Shown here in pieces: positions 56,566-64,000 of a stretch of 64,000 nucleotides of DNA. Within the stretch, counting starts at the first letter, position 1. Each line of letters opens with the position of its first letter. The DNA is from Candidatus Kapaibacterium sp. (GTDB taxonomy: Bacteria > Bacteroidota > Ignavibacteria > Kapaibacteriales > UBA2268). The notes under the pieces were generated by a model. It saw only the letters and a list, made by a program, of their open reading frames with translations, searched no databases and was not told the DNA's origin. The DNA is taken from positions 1,696,001 to 1,760,000 of the forward strand of contig OY762428.1 in NCBI GenBank assembly GCA_963665665.1. The letters are read 5' to 3'. Position numbers and translations under genes: made by a program.

Positions 56566-56853
56566 ATGGCAAACAAACGAAGAAATTACAGTTCAAAATT
56601 CAAAATGCAGGTAGCCCTGGAGGCAGTCCAAGAGAGAAAAACAATAACCGAGCTGGCATCGGAGTACGGGGTTCATCCAAACCAGATAAGCATGTGGAAA
56701 AAGCATTTAAAAGAAAGTGAAAAGGAAGTATTTGAAAACAAGCGTGGGCCAGGGAAGAATAAAAAAGAAAAAGACGAATCAGTATTATATGAAGAAATAG
56801 GCCGGCTAAAAATTGAATTAGACTGGTTAAAAAAAAAATTGGGACGTGAGTAA
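56566..56853 (+). CDS. IS3-family transposase OrfA
   Basis: Identical translation to copy 1. Confidence 0.93.
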   Translation: MANKRRNYSSKFKMQVALEAVQERKTITELASEYGVHPNQISMWKKHLKESEKEVFENKRGPGKNKKEKDESVLYEEIGRLKIELDWLKKKLGRE

Positions 56854-57691
56854 AGAAGAACGCAGGAAGATGGTAGATGCTGATAATAAAGAAATTAGCA
56901 TAAGCCGGCAGTGCGAGCTTTTGGGTATTAGCAGGAGCTGTTATTATTACAAACCCAAGGGTGAAAGTGAAGCAAATATTCTATATATGAAGCTGATCAA
57001 AGAACAATTCGCGATTACTCCATTTTATGGAGCCAGAAAAATGACAGCACACTTACGTTCTTTGGGATACCATGTTAACTATAAACGAATCAGGCGATTA
57101 ATGAAATTATTGGGACTTCGGGCAATATATCCCCAACCGGACACGAGCAAACCGAACAAGGAGCACAAAATTTATCCATACCTGTTGAGGGATATGAAAA
57201 TAAGTCGTCCGGATCAGGTTTGGAGCCTGGATATAACATATATTCCGATGCGTAAAGGATTTATGTATCTTATAGCAATTATAGATGTTTATAGCAGGTA
57301 TATCGTCGACTGGGAATTATCGAATAACCTTGAGAAGGAGTTCTGCATAGATACAATAAAAAGGTCTTTGAAAACCAGGAAACCGGAAATAACAAACACG
57401 GATCAGGGCAGTCAGTTCACGAGCAATGATTTTGTGAAAACGATTCTGGATGCTGATGTTAAGGTAAGCATGGACGGCAAGGGCCGCGCCTTGGACAATG
57501 TTTACATAGAACGCTTCTGGCGGAGCTTTAAATACGAAGACCTGTATCTGAAGTCTTACGAAGACGGAAAAGAGCTCTATGGCGGTATAAAGGCTTATGT
57601 CGATTGGTATAACAACACGAGGCCGCACGCAGGAATTGAATACCAGATTCCGGCTGAAAAATATATGAACGAACAGCGGTTCGTTAATTGA
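56846..57691 (+). CDS. IS3-family transposase OrfB
   Basis: Identical translation to copy 1. Confidence 0.95.
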   Translation: MSKEERRKMVDADNKEISISRQCELLGISRSCYYYKPKGESEANILYMKLIKEQFAITPFYGARKMTAHLRSLGYHVNYKRIRRLMKLLGLRAIYPQPDTSKPNKEHKIYPYLLRDMKISRPDQVWSLDITYIPMRKGFMYLIAIIDVYSRYIVDWELSNNLEKEFCIDTIKRSLKTRKPEITNTDQGSQFTSNDFVKTILDADVKVSMDGKGRALDNVYIERFWRSFKYEDLYLKSYEDGKELYGGIKAYVDWYNNTRPHAGIEYQIPAEKYMNEQRFVN

Positions 57692-58056
57692 AAACTTTGT
57701 TGGAAAAGTGAAAAAATGCAATCCGGTAAGCAATTGATAAAAAAAGAAATAGAAAGGAGAGTGAAAGTTATCCACAATTTCCAGGTTGTTAACAAAAAGA
57801 AAAAAAAGTAGCAAAAAAAAGAAAAATTAATATTATTACATATTTTTTTCTTATTTTATTAGAGAAGAAGTATAGATTAATAAACACCATAAACTATACT
57901 TTTATTTGTCTAAGCAATAGGGAGCATTTCACTCAGCAGATCTGTGGAATTTCATTACAAAAGATAATTTAACAGCAGAAGATTCTTTTGGATTTACAAC
58001 ACCAAGGAGCCTATCAAAATCAATTAGAAAAAAAGATTAGAAAAGGATAATCGAAA

Positions 58057-58431
58057 ATGATATCAAAAAAAATTATATTTTGTATAATATTCATCATAGT
58101 AAATATGGCAAAATTAGCATCAACAGATAATCTTAATGAAGATTACATTGGTATTTGTAAAATATCAAAAGACACAATCAGAATTGATTATTTTAGTTCT
58201 GTGCATGGTATTTCAAAAGTTTGTACTAAAATTAACGGTGATACACTAAACCTTAATCTTTTAGTAAGAGTTGGCAAGAAGCAAGATAGTCATTTCATTA
58301 AAATAAATGAAAATATAAAAGTTATATCAACTGGAAATATTAAATATTATGTTAATGATTTGGATTCATGTGGACAATTATATGAGGGAATTGATGCAAT
58401 AGAATATCTAAAAAAGCAAAGAACTGAATAA
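58057..58431 (+). CDS. Hypothetical exported protein, low GC (possible immunity-type protein)
   Basis: Signal-like N-terminus; follows a 35-codon 3' gene remnant at 57933-58040. Confidence 0.6.
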   Translation: MISKKIIFCIIFIIVNMAKLASTDNLNEDYIGICKISKDTIRIDYFSSVHGISKVCTKINGDTLNLNLLVRVGKKQDSHFIKINENIKVISTGNIKYYVNDLDSCGQLYEGIDAIEYLKKQRTE

Positions 58432-58604
58432 TTTATTATCCACTTTATCCCCCCGCCCTTCGGGGCGGGGATATATAAAGATCAATAACTGATGTATCCT
58501 TAATCATAAGAAAAAAGAGTTAAGGAATGGAGGATTGTTAAGGTTAAATGTTAGAGTTAACATCCACTGCTAAATCATTGGTTATTTTAATTTACTAATT
58601 AATT

Positions 58605-59222
58605 TTGGAGGTTGCCATGAAATCAGGCAAAGGAATTTTTATTGTTCTTGCAGTAATTTTGTTTTCGTATTTAAACATGCAGGCTGACTGTTATTATCCC
58701 TACCAGCAGTATTCATTCACCGGAAATTATGACGGTTGTGAATATATCTGCTACATTTGTTCAAAAACTGATTCGACATATCCGTTTGATCAGACATCAT
58801 ATATCGATAGGATCGAAGTTTTGAATATTAACTGTTCCGACATGTTTGAAGATCCCTTATTCTGGGAAGAAGTAAATGAGAATGTTCTGTTAACTTTAAT
58901 GAATGATGCAAGCTGGCCGCCCTGCAGTAATGAAACTTATGAGTTTCTTATAAAAAGCGCACGATGCTGGAAGATTATTCATGACCATGTCGATAATATG
59001 CTCACAATGAAAAATTGCGGGTATGATGCTTATTGCCTCAGTACTTATGAAGTATGTACCGATTATAACAAAAATCCGCCGGAAAACAAATGGACAATGA
59101 TTGGTAAATCAGTTATTAGTACTCCGGGATGTTCCGGAAACGGAGTTCCCGATTTACCTCCTTCGGGCAAAACCTGGAGTCAGGATTGGGAAACAGACTG
59201 CTTTATATTAGATTGCTATTAA
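58605..59222 (+). CDS. Cys-rich secreted hypothetical protein
   Basis: Signal peptide (likely start MKSGK at 58617 after GGAGG); about 12 Cys. Confidence 0.75.
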   Translation: MEVAMKSGKGIFIVLAVILFSYLNMQADCYYPYQQYSFTGNYDGCEYICYICSKTDSTYPFDQTSYIDRIEVLNINCSDMFEDPLFWEEVNENVLLTLMNDASWPPCSNETYEFLIKSARCWKIIHDHVDNMLTMKNCGYDAYCLSTYEVCTDYNKNPPENKWTMIGKSVISTPGCSGNGVPDLPPSGKTWSQDWETDCFILDCY

Positions 59223-59236
59223 TTTATTAATTTTCG

Positions 59237-59268
59237 TCATCCATCCGTATATTTGTACGGATGGATGA
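59237..59268 (+). terminator. Intergenic hairpin (terminator or mRNA-stabilising stem)
   Basis: TCATCCATCCGTA...TACGGATGGATGA perfect 13-bp stem. Confidence 0.6.
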
Positions 59269-59291
59269 TTTATTATTATTTTGGTTAGACT

Positions 59292-61526
59292 ATGAAAAGA
59301 TTAATCCTTTTATTCGCTTCGATTATTTTTATTACATCGCAAGCACAATCTGAACTTGTATTTGACTATCAAAGATTGGATATCAATTACACCGCAGTTA
59401 TTCATAAATACAATAATGTTTTCTTCTCAGGAAATTCGAATATCATAACGAGATATAACAAAGCATTACAGAAATGGAATCATATTAAAGTTGGGAAAAA
59501 AGATATTGATATTATAACTATAAAGGATTCTGATCAATCTCTTTACGGAATCTTCAAGCACCAATATATTTTTAAACTTGATATTAATGGAACGCCCCTG
59601 CAAATTGAAAATATTTCGGATACATCGACTAAGTTTTTAGATGTTCAATATCACTTAGGCAAATACTATATATTATGCAGGGATAAACTTATTGAACTTG
59701 ATTCCGGATTTTCGTTTGTTCGGGATATTGAATTGCCTGAGGAAATAGAAGTATTGGAACTAACAGTGTTCGATGAAGCAATGATTATCGGAACAACTAA
59801 TGGTAAACTGCTTGTTTTTGAAGGGCAGGTTAACAGCAGTCCTGATATAATCGATTTAAATAGTATGCAATTATGCGAGCCTGATGCCAGGGTACATAAA
59901 TTTATTGAAAGTGATAACGAGCTTTACCTGATAATTGGTTCAAAGATATATTCAAGCGGCGATCTGGAATCTTTCAGGCCGCATGAAACCAATAATTTGA
60001 ACTATAATGTTAATCATGGCAAAGTTTTTACTTTTTCAGTTGGTGGAAACGAGTTAAATCAATGTTCCTTTCACGTGTATGAAAATCAGGAACCTGTCCT
60101 GGTTAACAGGGGAAAGCTTGACAGATATGTAGAACAAATAAACGTATTGAACTTCTACTTTGTTGATTATAACATTATTTATGCTGTTGGCTCCAATAAC
60201 CTGATCCTGCGTTCAACGGACAGGGGAGGAACCTGGAAAGTAATATCATTTCTGAAACCTTATTACAAGTCTTCCTGGATAAGTGATGAAACAGGTTTTA
60301 TATATGCTGATGACGGTATTTTCATAAAAACGACAAACGGCGGTATTACATGGCAGCCACAATTAAATACATGGGTAAGCCTAAAGAAATTTAACCGCAA
60401 AACAACCTGCAACTTTGACCAGGATGGTAGATGTGTGATGTTCAGAGGATATGTTCAGGGTAGCGATCCGCATGCAGTTATTTCAAAAGACAGCTGTAAT
60501 ACTTTTGAATACAAGAGAATTAATGAAATATCATCCTATGGGTTTGTTGATTTGCAGGCTCCGATAGTCAGAACAGAAGATGAATATAAGCTTTTTTATC
60601 CCGGAAGGCACGGGCAAATGACTTATACTCTTATTTATACTCTTGACCTTGAGTTGAATTATAAAAACAAAGAGTTACTGGATGCAATCCATATCTTTGA
60701 TATTAAAAGCTATAAAGACGGTTGGCTTGCATTAGCCAAGGATTTTAAATATACAGACCTATACAGTCCTGATACAAATGTATACCATGTTATGTATTCT
60801 GATTACCCGGGCGTGGAATGGGATACCCTTCTGACGGTTAATCTTATGGATACTATTGCCCGAAATATAAACATTTTTGGTGATCAGGTTTTTCTGAATG
60901 GTCATGTATTTAATCCTCTCCCTGATACATCAAGATATGTCCTTTATTTGCTTGATCCGGAGTATTCCACATATAAATCAATTCGTGTTGATTATGAATC
61001 AACTTATAATAAAGTTTTTAAAACAGGCAATTATTATGTAACCGGCGGAAATAATTGCCTGTTGTATTGCGAGGATATTGAGAATAACCCTGAACATTGG
61101 GAAAAAACCACGGTAGAAGGGTATAATATCTTTTATTTAATGGGTAAAGGCAACAATTCAATGTACGCCTATACTTATGATGGGCATTATTTAAAATTCA
61201 CTTTCCAAAAGGAAACCTCGGTTGAAGATATAAGTGTTGAAAAAGTCAAAATGTATAGCTATCCTCCCTATCCTCAACCGGCGAATTATTCCGTGAAATT
61301 TGAAATTTTCTGGGACAGCCGCTATAATCTTGAAAATGCAGCAATCGCAGTTCATGATTACATGGGCAGGGTTGTAAGCCGCCCCGGTGAAATTAGTATT
61401 GATAAGTTAAACAATTACCAGGGCTATCTAAATTGGAACTGTTCCAAAACGTCCAACGGCGTATATTTCATTACTATTAATAATGCAGGTACTGTAAAGA
61501 CTGTTCCTGTTGTTGTTGACAGATAG
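59292..61526 (+). CDS. Secreted YCF48/BNR-like beta-propeller protein with T9SS CTD
   Basis: Signal peptide; 'RSTDRGGTW', 'KTTNGGITW'; 'PPYPQPA...NGVYFITI...VPVVVDR'. Confidence 0.85.
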   Translation: MKRLILLFASIIFITSQAQSELVFDYQRLDINYTAVIHKYNNVFFSGNSNIITRYNKALQKWNHIKVGKKDIDIITIKDSDQSLYGIFKHQYIFKLDINGTPLQIENISDTSTKFLDVQYHLGKYYILCRDKLIELDSGFSFVRDIELPEEIEVLELTVFDEAMIIGTTNGKLLVFEGQVNSSPDIIDLNSMQLCEPDARVHKFIESDNELYLIIGSKIYSSGDLESFRPHETNNLNYNVNHGKVFTFSVGGNELNQCSFHVYENQEPVLVNRGKLDRYVEQINVLNFYFVDYNIIYAVGSNNLILRSTDRGGTWKVISFLKPYYKSSWISDETGFIYADDGIFIKTTNGGITWQPQLNTWVSLKKFNRKTTCNFDQDGRCVMFRGYVQGSDPHAVISKDSCNTFEYKRINEISSYGFVDLQAPIVRTEDEYKLFYPGRHGQMTYTLIYTLDLELNYKNKELLDAIHIFDIKSYKDGWLALAKDFKYTDLYSPDTNVYHVMYSDYPGVEWDTLLTVNLMDTIARNINIFGDQVFLNGHVFNPLPDTSRYVLYLLDPEYSTYKSIRVDYESTYNKVFKTGNYYVTGGNNCLLYCEDIENNPEHWEKTTVEGYNIFYLMGKGNNSMYAYTYDGHYLKFTFQKETSVEDISVEKVKMYSYPPYPQPANYSVKFEIFWDSRYNLENAAIAVHDYMGRVVSRPGEISIDKLNNYQGYLNWNCSKTSNGVYFITINNAGTVKTVPVVVDR

Positions 61527-61934
61527 AGTAGTGATAAGCAGGACGTTCCAGAAATAAATATTAGTTTACATAAGATAGATTATAATGCAAAATCCGGGAA
61601 GATTTTTCCGGATTTTGTTCGTTTTGTGGCCGCCGTTGACGCATGCCGACGGCCAGCGGCAGCCAACTACGAAAAATGACGAGCTGCGACGCAAAAATTA
61701 CTCTCCGGAGAGAATTCCTTCATAAATTAGTCGTTTTCAGGAAAAATTTCCGGAAATTGTCCCATCCCAGAGGCTATTTCTAAAAACGACCGCCATAAAT
61801 CGCTTCTAAGGGGTTTTTATTTTTAGATTCGGTTGATGTATGGTAATTTTTGAAACGAGGCATCGCTTGACAACAATCTTATAATGATGTAATGTTTGCT
61901 AATGTTCTTTTTACAATAATATAATAGGTGTACA

Positions 61935-62110
61935 ATGTATTCTAAAAATAATTCTCAATCAAATTCAAATTATGGCATTTGGTTTGTGATAATAGCATTA
62001 GTTTCAATAAACATCATTGCTTTTGGTTTTTTATCCTATTACCTTTCTTACTGGTTTATTGTTTTAGTTTCAATCCAATTTCTTTATTTTTCTTTTTTTA
62101 AAAGGAAATC
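61935..62110 (+). pseudogene. Membrane-protein 5' fragment truncated by IS3 copy 3
   Basis: Last 10 codons of the listed ORF (ERLPLKKTAI) come from the IS left end. Confidence 0.6.
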
Positions 62111-62187
62111 TGAACGGCTTCCTTTAAAAAAAACAGCGATTTAAGGTGAAATAATCTTAACTTGCAAAAAATCAAAAGGAGCATCAA

Positions 62188-62475
62188 ATGGCAAACAAAC
62201 GAAGAAATTACAGTTCAAAATTCAAAATGCAGGTAGCCCTGGAGGCAGTCCAAGAGAGAAAAACAATAACCGAGCTGGCATCGGAGTACGGGGTTCATCC
62301 AAACCAGATAAGCATGTGGAAAAAGCATTTAAAAGAAAGTGAAAAGGAAGTATTTGAAAACAAGCGTGGGCCAGGGAAGAATAAAAAAGAAAAAGACGAA
62401 TCAGTATTATATGAAGAAATAGGCCGGCTAAAAATTGAATTAGACTGGTTAAAAAAAAAATTGGGACGTGAGTAA
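62188..62475 (+). CDS. IS3-family transposase OrfA
   Basis: Identical translation to copy 1. Confidence 0.93.
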   Translation: MANKRRNYSSKFKMQVALEAVQERKTITELASEYGVHPNQISMWKKHLKESEKEVFENKRGPGKNKKEKDESVLYEEIGRLKIELDWLKKKLGRE

Positions 62476-63313
62476 AGAAGAACGCAGGAAGATGGTAGAT
62501 GCTGATAATAAAGAAATTAGCATAAGCCGGCAGTGCGAGCTTTTGGGTATTAGCAGGAGCTGTTATTATTACAAACCCAAGGGTGAAAGTGAAGCAAATA
62601 TTCTATATATGAAGCTGATCAAAGAACAATTCGCGATTACTCCATTTTATGGAGCCAGAAAAATGACAGCACACTTACGTTCTTTGGGATACCATGTTAA
62701 CTATAAACGAATCAGGCGATTAATGAAATTATTGGGACTTCGGGCAATATATCCCCAACCGGACACGAGCAAACCGAACAAGGAGCACAAAATTTATCCA
62801 TACCTGTTGAGGGATATGAAAATAAGTCGTCCGGATCAGGTTTGGAGCCTGGATATAACATATATTCCGATGCGTAAAGGATTTATGTATCTTATAGCAA
62901 TTATAGATGTTTATAGCAGGTATATCGTCGACTGGGAATTATCGAATAACCTTGAGAAGGAGTTCTGCATAGATACAATAAAAAGGTCTTTGAAAACCAG
63001 GAAACCGGAAATAACAAACACGGATCAGGGCAGTCAGTTCACGAGCAATGATTTTGTGAAAACGATTCTGGATGCTGATGTTAAGGTAAGCATGGACGGC
63101 AAGGGCCGCGCCTTGGACAATGTTTACATAGAACGCTTCTGGCGGAGCTTTAAATACGAAGACCTGTATCTGAAGTCTTACGAAGACGGAAAAGAGCTCT
63201 ATGGCGGTATAAAGGCTTATGTCGATTGGTATAACAACACGAGGCCGCACGCAGGAATTGAATACCAGATTCCGGCTGAAAAATATATGAACGAACAGCG
63301 GTTCGTTAATTGA
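62468..63313 (+). CDS. IS3-family transposase OrfB
   Basis: Identical translation to copy 1. Confidence 0.95.
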   Translation: MSKEERRKMVDADNKEISISRQCELLGISRSCYYYKPKGESEANILYMKLIKEQFAITPFYGARKMTAHLRSLGYHVNYKRIRRLMKLLGLRAIYPQPDTSKPNKEHKIYPYLLRDMKISRPDQVWSLDITYIPMRKGFMYLIAIIDVYSRYIVDWELSNNLEKEFCIDTIKRSLKTRKPEITNTDQGSQFTSNDFVKTILDADVKVSMDGKGRALDNVYIERFWRSFKYEDLYLKSYEDGKELYGGIKAYVDWYNNTRPHAGIEYQIPAEKYMNEQRFVN

Positions 63314-63553
63314 AAACTTTGTTGGAAAAGTGAAAAAATGTAATCCGGTAAGCAATTGATAAAAAAAGAAATAGAAAGGAGAGTGAAAGTTATCCACAAT
63401 TTCCAGGTTGTTAACAAAAAGAAAAAAAAGTAGCAAAAAAAAGAAAAATTAATATTATTACATATTTTTTTCTTATTTTATTAGAGAAGAAGTATAGATT
63501 AATAAACACCATAAACTATACTTTTATTTGTCTAAGCAATAGGGAGCATTTCA

Positions 63554-63712
63554 TACTATATCGAGATTGATATAAAAACAATGAAGATCATCAATTATGA
63601 TTACGACCAAAAAGAAAATTTTGACCTAAACCAGTTAAACAAAGGGCCGACTCAAATAATATTTTTAACAAAAGGCCAGTACAACAAATTTGTTGGCCGC
63701 CTTGCAGAATAA
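63554..63712 (+). pseudogene. 3' fragment of the 62-aa gene interrupted by the insertion
   Basis: YYIEIDIKTMKIINYDYDQKENFDLNQLNKGPTQIIFLTKGQYNKFVGRLAE-stop, in frame with 44482-44514. Confidence 0.8.
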
Positions 63713-63814
63713 TATCCGCAACCAAATCGAAAGATTAAATAATTATATAACTACTGATTTTACTGCCAATATCGCTTTGGGCTCAGGCTATCAATAAAAT
63801 TTCTCCTTTTTTTG

Positions 63815-63925
63815 GGTTACTTTTATTATGAGGCAACGATATTTTTTCTATTTTGATGGGTTACATTTTTTATGAGGCAACGACATTTTTAAAAAATATT
63901 TATGGTTACATTTTTTATGAGGCAA
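63815..63925. repeat. Three direct repeats GGTTACATTTTTTATGAGGCAA at 44-45 bp period
   Basis: Starts at 63815, 63859, 63904. Confidence 0.8.
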
Positions 63926-64000
63926 TTCGTCCTCTAACCAAATCCACCTCCCCCCCTCTTTCCTATTCCAAAATATTTTGTATATTCAGGAGTGATTCTG

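Larger units (their letters stand above)
56489..57931 (+). mobile_element. IS3-family insertion sequence, copy 2 (1443 bp)
   Basis: Same ends and translations as copy 1; flanks GGA/CTC, no target duplication. Confidence 0.95.
44515..63553 (+). mobile_element. 19-kb IS3-bounded composite insertion containing three IS copies
   Basis: TAC directly before copy 1 and directly after copy 3; removal restores an intact ORF. Confidence 0.85.
62111..63553 (+). mobile_element. IS3-family insertion sequence, copy 3 (1443 bp)
   Basis: Same ends; one visible substitution (T at 63341 versus C at 45745). Confidence 0.95.

Noticed and set aside
63815-63925. Possible mini-CRISPR
   Set aside because: Only three units, period 44-45 bp, linkers short and partly similar

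Overview
Bacterial chromosomal window. Several secreted proteins with T9SS-type C-terminal sorting domains and a TAnnTTTG promoter box point to the FCB group (Kapabacteria/Ignavibacteria-like; this is an inference). Positions 1-44.5 kb hold housekeeping and envelope genes (amtB with a TorF-like porin, murG, an NtrC-type regulator, gltX, a subtilase, sodB, an IscA/ErpA protein, an M24 peptidase, a class II photolyase, hemA, a CoA-disulfide reductase-rhodanese, T9SS cargo). The same stretch carries an unannotated four-gene envelope operon headed by a PorM/GldM-like protein, an orphan phage terminase, an orphan PstI/BsuBI-type nuclease fragment and many REP-like palindromes. It also has an unusual non-coding structure: two inverted arrays of 21-bp repeats flanking an AT-rich core, with a related core about 32.5 kb away. 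Positions 44515-63553 are a 19-kb insertion bounded by near-identical IS3-family copies (three in total). A 3-bp target duplication (TAC) flanks it, and it splits a 62-aa gene. It carries a plasmid-derived block (truncated Rep_3, iterons, VirD4-like ATPase, Replic_Relax protein, CHC2/Toprim primase, DUF6876-like gene) and a second block of secreted-protein genes. No rRNA, tRNA or CRISPR array was recognised. All family assignments come from motif reading, not database searches.
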